64,000 bases of DNA, taken from contig NC_042998.1 of NCBI RefSeq assembly GCF_006345805.1, positions 14,136,001 to 14,200,000 of the forward strand, written 5' to 3'. The notes under the pieces were generated by a model, which made no database searches, was not told where the DNA came from, and worked only from the letters and a program-made list of their open reading frames with translations. Positions within the stretch are counted from its first letter, which is position 1; each line of letters starts with the position of its first letter. Source of the DNA: Octopus sinensis (lineage: Eukaryota). Of this stretch, positions 51,311 to 64,000 are shown piece by piece. The position numbers and the translations under genes were made by a program.

Positions 51311-51612
51311 GTCGCATGGCTCAGTGGTTAGAGCGTCGAACTTACGATCGTGAGGTTGTGAGTTCGAATCCCGGACCGGGCAAGCCACTTTATTTCACGT
51401 TGCTCCAGTGAAATCAAATGTAGAAATGAGTTGCGACGTCACAGATGCCGAGCTCTATCGGCCTTGGATAACACTGGTGGCGTGGAGAGGAGAGGCCGGT
51501 GTGCATGGGCGACTGCTGGTCTTCCATAAACTACCTTGCCCGGACTTGTGCCTGGGAGGGTAATTTTTCTAGGTGCAATCCAATGACCAGTATTGACCGA
51601 AGTGGGGGTCTC
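51311..51612 (+). mobile_element. SINE family C
   Basis: gcatggctcagtggttagagcgtcgaacttacgatcgtgaggttgtgagttcgaatcccggaccggg; same 3' end as 30233-30541 and 45747-46028. Confidence 0.88.
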
Positions 51613-52046
51613 AGTATGAACATGCATGTGTGTCTATGTCTATTGGCTTCACGTTACGGCCACCTTAAGTTACGAGGTGTCACATTGGGAGTAATTGTAA
51701 CGTATGACCTTGAGCTTCGGGATACTGAAACTTACATTAACTTGTATAAATTTTAATAATTTAAAAACGACTTATTCTTCTTAGACAAAGGCCCATTCTC
51801 GACGTCTTACCTCATATCAATGCATAGTTAGCAATTTGGAAATATGTAATCACAAGACATATACATACGTAAATTAGCAAACATATGTCCATGTGTATTT
51901 GCGTGCATTACTATAAACACTTGCGATGTGTGGGTGAAATTCGTCACTATGAATATTTGTCTCTATAAGAGATATAAAATTCTAGTCACAATAAGTTTGT
52001 GTCTTTGTGACTTTCTCTCTCTCTTCCTATATGTATATATATATGT

Positions 52047-52354
52047 GGAGGCGCAATGGCCCAGTAGTTTGGGCAGCGGACTCGCGGTCGTAGGATCGCG
52101 GTTTCGATTCCCAGACCGGGCGTTGTGAGTGTTTATTGAGCGAAAACACCTAAAGCTCCACGAGGCTCCGGCAGGGGATGGTGGTGATCCCTGCTGTACT
52201 CTTTCGCTACAATTTACTCTCACTCTTTCTTCTGTTGGCCCGCTCGCTTAGCCAGCGGGGTGGCGTCATTTGAAGGCTAAAAAACAATGCGAAGCGTATT
52301 GTGACCAGCGTTATGTAACAGCATCTGGTAGCCTGGTCGGTCACGGTGATCACG

Positions 52355-52360
<6 letters not shown>
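52047..52360 (+). mobile_element. tRNA-derived SINE, family D
   Basis: GGAGGCGCAATGGCCCAGTAGTTTGG (A-box) ... GTTTCGATTCCC (B-box), GC-rich body, (TCACGGTGA)2 tail, inserted in (TA)n. Confidence 0.85.
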
Positions 52361-52426
<66 letters not shown>

Positions 52427-52439
52427 GAAGCATGTTATT

Positions 52440-52540
52440 TCACAAATTACACACGTGTTGTTGGCGATTTCTTTTCCTTCTTTTTACTCGTCTCTTTCTC
52501 CTTTTCCGACGAAGACCCATGCACGAAACGACAAATTCTC
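52440..52540 (+). mobile_element. fragment of the 3588-3790 mini-element family with hammerhead remnant
   Basis: gtgttgttggcgatttc matches the reverse of 3760-3780; TTTT-CCGACGA-A-GACCCATGCAC-GAAACGAC-AAAT. Confidence 0.45.
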
Positions 52541-52554
52541 TCCTGAAGAGCTGT

Positions 52555-53205
52555 ATGCGTGTTAATCCTATTTTGTTGCAGTATCTGGACCTGTATTTTG
52601 ATGGCGATGTTAGTATCTTCGGAGCCATGCAGTGGCACACGATCAGGATTTTGTTTAACTCTGAATAGAAAAAAGTTTCATGCAAGTACTTCCTGAATTT
52701 TACATATGTTTCCCGAATTCTTTCTATGGAACCGAGTCTTAACCTCTGCAGTGTTTCCCAGTAACCACCTGTTACATTGTAAAAATCATCTTTGCGTAGC
52801 TTTGCTTGAATGCTTCAACTTCTGCCCCTGTCCAAATTTAGGACCAGCTGTCTAAGCGGCTGAGGAGAAATGCCTCAAGGGGTATGTTCATGATTTCCTG
52901 TCCTCTCGTTCTGAATGTTCTGAGGATGTATCCGGCCAGTCAACTGTAATTTATTGACAGCTTAGTACTATGTACACGGAGCGCACTGATTATGATACAC
53001 GAATTGCAATCCCTCCAGCGCCAGTGTATACTGTCTGCATTTCATTGAGCTTCAAGTGCTGGTCACACAGGGCTTGGAATTTCCCAACAGATAAATTGCA
53101 TGTTATCGCCCTCAGCGTAGCTCTATATTGGATGAAACTCGTATTCCATGGTCGCAGCATCTCAAGGTTTTTGAATTTTCTGAGATCCTTTTGCATCATC
53201 TGCAC
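52555..53205 (-). pseudogene. decayed CR1-group LINE ORF2 fragment
   Basis: LAGYILRTFRTRGQEIM, LSRLD, HCMAPKILTSPSKYRSRYCN blocks with many stops and frameshifts. Confidence 0.65.
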
Positions 53206-53217
53206 CACACATATGTA

Positions 53218-53639
53218 GGCATCGGAGCAGTTGTGTGGTAAGTAGCTTGATTACAAACCACATGGTTCCCGGTTCCGTCCCGCTGCGTGACAACTTGGGC
53301 AAGTGTATTCTACTATAGCCTCGGCACGACCAAAGCCTTGTGAGTGGATTCGGTAGATGGAAACTGAAAGAAGACTGTCGTATATATGTATATATATATA
53401 CATATATATATATGTGTGTGTGTGTGTGTGGTGTGTGTGTGTGTTTGTCCCCCCAACATCGCTTGACAACCGATGCTGGTGTGTTTACGTCTCCGTAATT
53501 AGCGGTTCGGCAAAAGAGAAGGATAGAATAAGTACTAGGTATCGAAAGATTACGTTCTGGGGGCGATTTGTTCGACTAAAGGCGGTGCTCAGCATGGTGA
53601 CAATCAGATGACTGAAACAATTAAAGGGGTAAAAGAATA
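53218..53639 (+). mobile_element. SINE family A, full-length
   Basis: Head, internal microsatellite, 3' module. Confidence 0.88.
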
Positions 53640-53752
53640 ATAGTATAAACACATACCTACAAACAGACATACACACGCACGCATGCACACGCACACACAT
53701 GTTATACATACATATACACACATATATATATATATGTATGTACATCTATGCA

Positions 53753-55024
53753 TTGGGTCATCCCATAAATAATGAAGTTTTTTTTCAATTGCACGAACTA
53801 AAAGTCTGAGGCTGACGGTATAAACTACCTGCATCAATTTACTATAAAGGCTGGTAGTGCTTTTACCATGTATTATTCTTAGTGCAAGTGTTGAAGAGTG
53901 CAGTTCGAATTTAACAGTCGTTTTTTCAAAGCTATAATGGAAGTGACAAAGTAGCATATGCGGCATATTTTACTTTATGAGTTCAATAAAGGCAACAACA
54001 CAACGGAAAGTGTTAGGAATATTAATGCATTATGGGGATCGGACAATAAGCGTATGCCAGTGTTAACCGTCGTTCCCGGAAATTCCAAGCTGAAAACTAC
54101 ACCCTAGAAGATTAACATCGTCCTGGAAGATCTGTAGAGCTAGACGAGGACGCCCTGCAAAATTCCATCTTAACTATTGAGGAACTAGCAGAGAAGCTTG
54201 CATATAATCATTCTACCATTAATTGAAACCTGCGTCCCATCGAAATAATTAGCAAATTGGGTCAATGGGTTCCTCACAAAATTTCCGAGTCTAATCGTGC
54301 GCAGAGAGTGAATGTGTGCTCTTCTTTGCTGTCACGTCTCACGAATAAACCTATTTTGGACCGAATAGTGACTGGTGACGAGGAATGCGTTCTCTATAAA
54401 AACGTCAAGCGCCGAAGACAGGGTGTAGGGAAAGGAGAAACACTGGCCCCCAGGTTAAATAAGGTCTTCACCTACGTAAGCTTTTGTTATCTATTTGGTG
54501 GGATATGAAAGGTTTAGTCCACTTTTAACTTTTAAACCCAAACAAAACGATAACAATGGAGAACTACTGCGAGTAGCTTGAGTGTCTTAAGTCAGCGCTA
54601 AAAGAAAAATAACCATCTTTGTTTTCAAGACGAAAAGTGTTTTTCCATTAGGATAATGCTCGGTCACACACAGCGAGGATGACATTCCAAAGGTTGGAGC
54701 AGTTTGAATGGGAAACGATATCCAACTCACCATATTCGCCGGACATTACTCCATCTGATTATCACTAATTCCGCAGTCTTCAAAACCATTTGGACGGGAA
54801 AACATGTGAATTCTGTTGTAGATGAGGTGAGAATAGAACTGGAGGAGTATTTTTCGTCACGGACATGTGAATTTTGGAAGAGGGGCCTTGTAAGTTTAAC
54901 AGATAGATGGAAGGGCATTGTAGAAAATGAAGGAGAGTATATCTTTGAATTAAAAAATAAATTATTTTAATTTTGAAAAGTAAAAGAAGTATAAAAAAAT
55001 CCGTATATTGATGGGATAACCCAA
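53753..55024 (+). mobile_element. full-length mariner DNA transposon (about 1272 bp), inactive
   Basis: Imperfect TIRs TTGGGTCATCCCATAAATAATG / ATATTGATGGGATAACCCAA; flanks CA and TG (mutated TA). Confidence 0.9.
53937..54952 (+). pseudogene. mariner transposase pseudogene
   Basis: MEVTK start, WVPHKI, IVTGDEE, DNARSH, YSPDITPSDYH, DRWKGIVENEGEYI. Confidence 0.9.
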
Positions 55025-55676
55025 TGTGTATGTATTTTTGTACATATATATATATATATCAAGTAGTTGTAGGTAAGCTCTAAAAAGCAATGATATTTAT
55101 GATAAGGAATCCCAGGACAGAAGTAACTGCCATTCTCCCACCCATCCTTGCTTATAGCCAGTTTAAATTTTGATTACAACTTACCCGAGAATGATATTAC
55201 ATTTCTTAAATATTACTTAAATTATGTCTCTTCGAATTTCCTTGTGTGAATATTGTACTGCGTGTGTTTAGAAATAAGCATCGTCATGCATAAGTGTGTT
55301 ATGATCAATCTTCATATAACTCACTTTATAATATGAAAATCAATAGAAAAATTAATTTCGATTTATGGGATTTCATATTACATTAAGATAATCAGGAAGG
55401 CGATGGATTCCTGTATAACACAATGCGCGAATCCGTTCCAGTAATGTATTCTATAAAACGTGAACAAGCACTAGAGAATAAAAATCCTATTTTCTTCTCT
55501 CAGTCTTCCTGTATAGACAGTTGTAATTATTAATTGATAATTACAAGAATCAGTTAATGAGTACATTTCTCACAATATTTTTGATCTTGAGAAGCATTCC
55601 GTTTGATATTGAGTTAAATGTTGGTAGTAACAATATGAATTTATACATGATTTGCTGAGTCGGGTGTCTAATTTTC

Positions 55677-56064
55677 ATTTGTGCCTCTTACTAAATAACC
55701 CGATGGTGGTTATATTGAATATTTGTATTGAAGTGAGGATGAAAATAACGTAAAACGTGTGTCGAAATCTCAGTGGTCAAGGCTAAAATGGATGTTTAGT
55801 CTACTTTTTATTTGTGCCTCTTACTAAATAACCCGATGGTGGTTATATTGAATATTTGTATTGAAGTGAGGATGAAAATAACGTAAAACGTGTGTCGAAT
55901 TCTCATTGGTCAAGGCTAAAATGGATGTTTAGTCTACTTTTTATTTGTGCCTCTTCCTAAATATCCCGATGGTGGTTATATTGAATATTTGTATTGAAGT
56001 GAGGATGAAAATAACGTGAAACTTGTGTCGAAATCTCAGTGGTCGAGGCTAAAATGGATGTTTA
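55677..56064. repeat. tandem repeat, 133-bp unit x 2.9
   Basis: tttgtgcctctt starts at 55678, 55811 and 55944; units nearly identical. Confidence 0.92.
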
Positions 56065-56310
56065 CGATTCTTGTAGATAATCATGATAATCATTGTTGAG
56101 CGAGTGCCTACCGACCATTGTAATGTTTAATTGCCTTCATTGATAACACGATGGGTATCAGTGGGGTCAGTTCTAGAGTGGATCGCAATTCTGGAAGCTA
56201 AAAGCTAAAAGTATGATTTGGAAAATTTGTCAGCAGGAGGCTGTCTGCAACGAAGAATAATAATAGATTGTGAGTGGGTGCAAGATGAAAACTCAGAAAT
56301 TAAATCATAT

Positions 56311-56341
<31 letters not shown>

Positions 56342-56382
56342 TTGTGTGTGTGCGTATGAGTGTGTGTGTGTGTGTATATATA

Positions 56383-56415
<33 letters not shown>

Positions 56416-56439
56416 ATGTATATATATATACATATATAA

Positions 56440-56479
<40 letters not shown>

Positions 56480-56638
56480 TATATATAAATCTATGTTTAT
56501 AGAAATGTGTATATATGTGTAAAAGTGTATATTCATACATTATTTCTTCATTTTACTATTACGTACAATCATAAAACCATGAGTGTATATCTATACGTGT
56601 ATTTACGTACAAACATTTATATCTGAAAGCTTACTACA

Positions 56639-56725
<87 letters not shown>

Positions 56726-57859
56726 CATACTTATTTGTGTCTGTGTACGAATAGGTTCATATATGTGTGTGTATGTATTTATCTATGCATGTATGAACTA
56801 TGTGTTTACGGAAAGAACTTTAGTTTTGTGAATCTAATCAATACTTTATCATTTTCTAGAAGAAAATCTGGCTGTTTTATTTTAGCATCACTGTTTTATT
56901 TTTAATACTTCTCTTAACCTCCCTTTCTTTACCAAAAATACCTTCTGTTGCATCGATATTCAGCATCTTGTAAAATGATTGAAACGTAAATATTTTAGAA
57001 TTAGTAGTTTTCAACTTGTAAAGAATCATAACGTATGGTTGCATTCATAAAGAGAATTTTTTTGTCCTTTTTTTGTATTGTTATTTCATTTTATACTTCG
57101 TTTTTCCTTGAATACTTTTGTGACGTTTGAGGGTCAAATTAGTTTGTTAAACCTTGTTACGATTCTTCCGAACAATAACACAAATTCTTTTTTCAAAATT
57201 TCTGTCTGTGATAAATTTTATTTTTTACGTTTTGCCGTAAATATTACAATAGTTCAGAGCCACATATCTGTGAATTCATACTACCGTTTTAAACATTTGG
57301 CTTTCCTTTCTCAAATTTCTCATGTCCTATAAACATATCTAGTTAATGTACCATTGCAATCTGACTGTGAATAGGAACGATATAGAGACACAGTTCAACG
57401 CTCTAAACAGCAGCTGCAATTATTAATTCGTAATTGATATATTTACAATGTTCTGTTAAACTCTTCTCTAAAATCGAGAGTAGGGATTAAGCACCTCTAA
57501 CGACATTGATATAAACACACGAAGCAATATAAATCACGTTCTTAGTAATCGAACATTGCATTGGTTAAGGAAAAGCACTTGCATCACCACTAGTAAATTC
57601 CCGTAAGGCAAATGCAGAATGAGAAAGTTACACATTGTGTTTCCTCATCGTTAATACCTTGCGTCCATTAGCTGATGCTCGCAATATTTTGTTAAAGCTT
57701 ACTTTGGGATGGAATGCAGCAGCAACAACTCCTCCGCAAATTCCAAGCCTTGAAAGATGAAATACACAATAACAGTTATTCGATAACATTTTGAGTAAAT
57801 ATTCGTTAGACTCTGAGCGATTGCTTACAGGACAATTCCTCCTCACACAAGACAAAACA

Positions 57860-58425
57860 TCTCCAGAATTGAGTCACCCCAGAGGGCTCTCACTAAACAA
57901 ATTGAAGGCATGGCTGCTCTCGATTATTGGGATCGCCTTAAAGCCTTGAAACTTTACTCCCTCCAGCGTCGCCGTGAGCGGTACATCATTTGTACGATGT
58001 GGAAAATATACCGCCAACTTTGCCCAAACGACCTAAACATTAGCTTCAAGGTTCATCCAAGACTTGGACCACGGGCTATACGTCCCCTGCCCAATTCAAG
58101 ATCACAATATACATGTACACTGCAACATAATTTCTTTTCCTCAACAGGCCCTGCTCTATTTAACATTGTCCCGAGGGAGATCAAAGAGGAAAGGATCCCA
58201 TCAACTCTAAACAGAGTCTGGATAGATTCCTTCAAAGAATACCAGATAAGCCACCCATAACTGGATACAACTCACCCAACAAGAACTCACTACTTGAACA
58301 AAACTTGACTTAAACAAAACTTGACTTAAACAGGATTCGAATAATCCTATCAGGTGGTGCTATTAAGTTAGACATGGCCTGGACCAATCTTTGGTCGAAA
58401 CATATCTAAGTTTATCTAAGTTTAT
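57860..58425 (+). mobile_element. CR1-group LINE, 5'-truncated 3' end
   Basis: IESPQRALTKQIEGMAALDYWDRLKALKLYSLQRRRERY...GPALFNIVP; 3' UTR hairpin and (ATCTAAGTTT)n tail. Confidence 0.88.
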
Positions 58426-59722
58426 ATCATTAACTTCGTACAGCTATTACTTAAATAATTTTTTTCTTTACACTTATTTTGTATGTTACCACGCTGATTT
58501 GAAACACATCTGTTGTATTTGTCTTCGGTCTTGAAGATAACCGATACAAGATCATTAGCTCTCAGTCCCTCTCATCTCGGACCAGATGGCTAATCGCTTT
58601 ATTGTCTGCAGGGGTTACGAGCTGTTGACTGCATTCTCAGGTGTACATGAAATACGAACGCTTCACTTGTTCAGTTGCCAAACGCAATATGTTTTAATGT
58701 TGAGCATATATATAAAAAAACAGAAAGCGGCAATATCATGAGAACATCCCATACTGGATCTTTTGCAATCTACTTTTTCATAAGAAGCAAAATAGCTGCT
58801 GTTCCAGCTGCTTAGATATTTCTTGTAATGCCGAACAGACTACAATTGTGTACTATAATAGTATTTTATACTATTTTACTGAATCTATTAATCATAGAAT
58901 TTTAAGATTGCAATATTGCCACAAAACTTGAGATAGAGCATATGTGATTTAATCGGACCAAGTTCTTTACTGGTAGTCGAGAATGAGAAAAACCGTATAA
59001 ATATAGAACTAAATATCAATAGCGTCAAACTTTTAGTCCGACACTTTTACGCCACCGCATTTCCGTCTACGCAATAATAGCAATGATTTTCGATATTACA
59101 CGTTTGTAGAATAAACATAGAATAAACAATATTAATAGCTTCAAATATTTCCATATTTTAGGAGTGTAAGTATTGTGTAAAATCTTCTTGTAATGTTGAG
59201 GGAGTAATCTGGGGAGTTACAAACTTTCCCTATTGTGACATTCGCAAAATTTGAGTGGTATAGTAATTTTTTTTATAAAGTTCTGTGGGTGTAGGCATGT
59301 GCGTTTTGTATGAAACCAATTTCATCACCATATTATTTCTAAAATACTTGTGTAAGCAACCTCATAGATCTGAATATATTTGTATACCATTCAAAGAAAT
59401 TCAGATTTCCATGTCCTGAATTCGTTACCTTCATCAGGATTCTTCGTTTGCCAATAATTTAAGAACTAAGTTTCTTTTAAACTGAATATTTCATAAACAA
59501 TCCACAGGTTGCATTGTTAGGAACATGGTATGCAACGAATCTAATTTCAGGCAACTTAATCTAATTAGTTATTACATATATCCTCTAACATTTATCACTT
59601 TACCGTTTCTCTCGTTTTTCATTCCTCCTCTCTAACGTGATTTATTTTGAAACTCTTCGGCGTCGTAAATGCTGTATATGGGCATAGGTCTCATTTCTGA
59701 AGAGATATTTCGTTGAAAGTAA

Positions 59723-59948
59723 AGCGGCGAGCTGGCAGAAGCGTTAGCACGCCGGGCGAAATGCTTAGCGATATTTCGTCTGCCGCTACGTTCTAAGTTC
59801 AAATTCCTGCACTGGAGTCGATATAATCGACTTAATCCGTTTGTCTGTCTTTGTTTTTCCTCTCTGTGTTTAGCCCGTTGTAGGTAGTAAAGAAATAGAT
59901 ATTTCGTCTGCCGCTACGTTCTGAGTTCAAATTCCACCGAGGTCGACG
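59723..59948 (+). mobile_element. SINE family B, deleted unit plus start of a second unit
   Basis: gcggcgagctggcagaagcgttagcacgccgggcgaaatg... then restart at tatttcgtctgccgctacg. Confidence 0.85.
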
Positions 59949-61227
59949 TCGGGGATTCTTTGTTGAAAATCTCCAATCAGATCACTCATTAGATTGTCTT
60001 AATTTCACTTATCAAGAACTAGAATATAAATGTTCTTAGTTAGCAGTTTTATACTTTTTCGATAGTTGAACACATTACAATTTACATCAAATCTAAGCAC
60101 ATGCACTAGCGTAGGTCATTAAAAAGAATCCGGTTTTTCTAAATACAGAAGCATGTATGACTTTACAGACAACACGCGGCATACCTACGGGCCAGGAGAG
60201 TGTAATTCAGCAGATCAAAAAGATGTTGCATATTCTAACAGAAGAATATCGTAATAAGAAATTAGCATTTCAAATCGTCTTTCTCCAACCTATTTTTACA
60301 TTATATTCCTGTTCGTTATCAAAGAAGAATTATTCATGTGAAAGATAAGCATTCTTTATTTTCCTACATATTTGTCTACATCGTAATTTAAAGATCTACT
60401 TACAGTTGCATCATTTTACTTTTTTTATTTGTTTATTACCAGAAGCGTAATCGCGATTTCTTTTTCAAAGAAATTAAAATAAATTATTGATAAATTTATA
60501 TGTAAGCTAATCATTTCTAACAACTTACTTTCTTCTCTTTTTAATTAAGCTGTAAGGATTTTAGTCAGCAGAAACGTGTTCATCTGTTGACTATTAATTA
60601 GCAAGGAATACCAAGAGATCCATAACTAAATAAACAATCGTGACAGAAGGCGGAAATTTTCTGAAACTCATCGTGGGTGTTTACGAAGCTAACTAACGAT
60701 AAACCGAAAAGTGCCTTTCAATATTTTCAAATATTTATATATTCTATTCCATTGTTGCGCAGTATTATTTACAGGATGGGGAATTCAAACTATGGGATCG
60801 ATTTTGTTTAGTTCTATGTCGTTATATGTGAATGAGTATCTTCCAGGCTTGCAGTTATGATAATGAGCTTTAGCTGAAGCATTTCTGTGTGCCTGTAACC
60901 TACTTCAATTTCCATCACTTTACACAACTTCATAACGAGTGCGCTGCCTAAAAGGCATGAATATCATGATTTCATTGGTATTTGCTATGCCAAACACGGA
61001 ATACACACACACATAGACACACACAAATATATCTCTTCTGGTGACGTGGATTCGAGCCCCACCGGTAGCTTTCGAATATTTCTATCCAAAAGGTGTTTTC
61101 AACACAATATTTTCATATTATTATTAGAGATGAATTGTTGCGTGTGCTTAGAGATAGTTCAACAAATAATTATTTCACGTTCTTTAGAAGCTTTATAAAA
61201 GTCTTATGATGCAAATATATGTATATA

Positions 61228-61400
61228 TTCTTTTATTTGTTTTAACCACGGCCTTGCTGGAGTACCTTGAGGGGTGTTAGTCAAAGACAGCGACACCTAG
61301 TACTCATTCTATCGATCACTTTTGCCGAACCTTTCTGTTGCGGATTCATTAACGCATTAGCAACGGTTGTTAAGTGATGATGCGGGTACAAACGCACACA
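61228..61400 (-). mobile_element. degenerate SINE family A 3' module
   Basis: cacggccttgctggagtacc...tactcattctatcgatcacttttgccgaacc. Confidence 0.6.
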
Positions 61401-61589
61401 CAGACACAGACACACACAGACACATATACAGCTTGGTGTATAGTTTAAAATGTTATTGAGTGCAAAAGTGATGTCTATTGTCTAAAAGAAATCTTTCTGT
61501 TTTCCTATCAAAAAGCATATATTGGATGTGTTTTATGTCTACCTGTGTGTATGTGCATGCGTGTGTGTGTGGTGTGTATGTGTGTGTGT

Positions 61590-61624
<35 letters not shown>

Positions 61625-61631
61625 TCTCTCG

Positions 61632-61676
<45 letters not shown>

Positions 61677-62175
61677 GTATGTATGTATTGAAGTTTCTTT
61701 CAATATGTTTTGAAAAATTACCAGCTGCGAGTCGATGTGTGTGAAGGATTTCTCTCCTTGAAAACAAGAATTAGGACTTTTCTTTGAGTTAGATGGATTC
61801 TTTTGAGTGTCTCCACCTGTGTGTATGTGTGTTTTTGTGATGCTTTCTTTTTTTTGTATGTGTGTACATCCGTGTATGTGTGTGTGTACAGATGTGTGTG
61901 TGTGTGTGCGTGTCTTTATGATGCTTTCTTTTGTATATGTGTGGGTTTGTGTGTACTTGTGATGTTTTCTTTTTTGTGTATGTGTTATGTTTGTGTGTGT
62001 GTGTTTCTGGTGTTCTCTATTGTATGTGTATGTGAGTGTATGTGTGTGTGTGTGTTTGTGTGTGTGTTCTGGCATATATGTATATTTCATACAAGATTTA
62101 GGAGGTGATGGGAAGTATATTTTTAAAATGATAATATGTAGAAAATTGTTTTAAATTGTTTTTAAGTACCTGTTA

Positions 62176-63290
62176 TTATATATTGGTTGTGGGTGGATCT
62201 TTACTTAATTGTGGTTTATACTTGCTGATAAATTGTCTTTCTTTATTCAGAGTTTGTGGCTGATTGAAGGAATCTGAGCACTTGCAGAGGGGAAATATTT
62301 TGAAATTAGATAAGACCATTCCTGCACAAGTTGCAATGTGGCTGCTTAAAGGAATTTTTCTTGTGCATTTTCTCGGATCTGCTGGCGATGGGTCATCATT
62401 CTGTTGCATAACGATCCACCCGTCTGGCCTATGTAATTATATTGGCAACCATTGCATGTGATTTGGTAGATCAGGTTTTTCATGTTGCACGTGAGATTAG
62501 ACTGACTGAGGTTTGGCAAGTTTAAATTCTGGTCCCTCAATTAGGTAAAGGTAAGTGTCGCAGTTTGTTCTCTCACATTTTATGCCCGTTGTGTTGGGGG
62601 TTTCTTTGTGTGTACTTGCTCCGATGACCATGGGTTTTTGTGTTTGGGCTACCTTTTGCTTTTGATGATTTGTTGTCTCTCTAAGATTTTTCTCATTTTT
62701 TCATTTGCAAATAACATGGGGAGGTGTCTCTGGGTGTGATCAAATATTTCGGTGTTCTTGAGATTGAAGGTTGACACGAATGGTAGGACATTTTCTTTCG
62801 TTTTTGTTTTTGTTTGTTTTTTTTCCATTTGATTGATATCCATTTCTTTTGCCTTGTTTATTCCGTTGGTGATTATGCCAGGGGGAAGGATCTTTGGATA
62901 AGTGTGTCTTTCAGTTCCTCCTGTCATTGTTCACGTTTGAATGGTTCTGATAATATGGTACAAATTCGCTTTGCCAGGTTGAAGAGAATGTTGAGTTTGG
63001 TGTGTTTCGGGTGAGATGACGTGAAAAGTTTGTACAATATGTCCGTTTCTATATTCCCATCTTGGTTTTTGATTAGGATATCTAGAAAGGCAAGTTTTTT
63101 GTGGGGGTTAAACTCCATTGTGAACTAGATGTTATTGCTGCGGTTGTTTATCATGTTTTTGAATTCAGTTAACTTGTCAATGTTTTCCTGCCATAAAATA
63201 AAGCAATCATCTTGGTATCTTTTCCATTTATTTCTTAGTCGTGTATGGAACGTGTCACTAAATATTAGATGATGATTTATCATGTCTAGG
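62176..63290 (-). pseudogene. Penelope-like element (Neptune-type) RT C-terminal half + GIY-YIG endonuclease
   Basis: WKRYQDDCFILW, LAFLDILI, IETDILYK, SSHPKH, LPFVSTFN, KCERTNCDT Cys motif, NLIYQITCNGCQYNYIGQT...RMMTHRQQI, KERQFISKYKPQL; frameshifted. Confidence 0.92.
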
Positions 63291-63303
63291 TCGTCTCTAT
63301 GTA

Positions 63304-64000
63304 TCAGGTCATCCTATGAGTTCTGTCCAAATTTTTAATAAAGAAAACAAAAGATCAAATGTCATATTTAATTGAAAATTAATCATCAATGTACTTTTCC
63401 TGATTATCTATGACTTACTTTCATCTATTTACAAGCTTTGTAATCCCATCAATGTAAAACTCTTTTGGTTTCAAAGCGAAGAACTGTAAAATGTCAGTTT
63501 CGACCTCCTCCTGGCTTGCGAAAGTTATCTCCCGCAAATGATCCTGTAAACTATGAAAGAAATGGTAGTCTGAAGGAGCAAGGTTGGGAGAATATTGTGG
63601 ATGAGAAATTTTTTCCCAACCAAGGTCTTCAATTTCTGTGATATGATCTTTGCAGTGTGGGGTCGCGCATTGTCCTAATGAAATATCACTCCTTTTCGAT
63701 TCTCTAAAGTGGGTCATTTCTTTGTTCAAAGCTTCGTTGAAACGCTCTAATTATTGACAGTAGACTTGAGGATTGATTGTTGCATTAGGTGGTAACAATT
63801 CAAAGTGAATTACTCTTGCGCAATCCCACCAGATATAGAGAAGAACCTCTTTTCCATGAAGTTCCCTTCTCGGTTGTGGTTGAGCTTTTTCCCTTTTACG
63901 AAGCCACTGTTTACGACATTTAACATTTCGATAGAAGATCTATTTTCCGTAACCAGTCACAAGTCTATCCGAAATGGGTGAGATGAGTTCGCGGGAATGG
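63304..64000 (-). mobile_element. mariner transposon (same family as 19995-21279), runs off window; interrupts the PLE
   Basis: TA|TCAGGTCATCCTATGAGTTCTGTCC TIR; QYSPNLAPSDYHFF; colinear with 19995-20690. Confidence 0.92.

Noticed and set aside
59400-59445. Minus-strand CTGATGAAGG...GAAA, and plus-strand CTGAAGA...GAAA at 59697-59722
   Set aside because: Stems weak or absent and no microsatellite-bounded element; compatible with chance.

Overview
Eukaryotic, AT-rich, repeat-saturated genomic DNA, very probably octopus (cephalopod): it is dominated by (TA)n/(CA)n/(GATA)n/trinucleotide microsatellites and four tRNA-derived SINE families of the kind described from octopus (inference from sequence recall, not a database hit). 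Almost all long ORFs in the supplied track are microsatellite or SINE artefacts. Supported coding relics: five decayed mariner transposases (two with both TIRs), CR1-group LINE 3' fragments, a Penelope-like (PLE) RT + GIY-YIG pseudogene at 62.2-63.3 kb, a second GIY-YIG C-terminus missed by the ORF track at 12.4 kb and a LINE-ORF1-type zinc knuckle captured inside a SINE. No host gene is recognisable; two phase-compatible minus-strand candidate exons (19262-19338, 1597-2101) are offered at low confidence. The most interesting signal is a set of short non-coding elements sitting inside (TA)n tracts that carry minimal hammerhead-ribozyme folds (canonical, U4C, extra-nucleotide, a compensatory G3:C8 core and a possibly permuted form) and show asymmetric inverted or partial-tandem architecture typical of PLE pseudo-LTRs, i.e. 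a diverse retrozyme-like population. All folds and coordinates were derived by eye.
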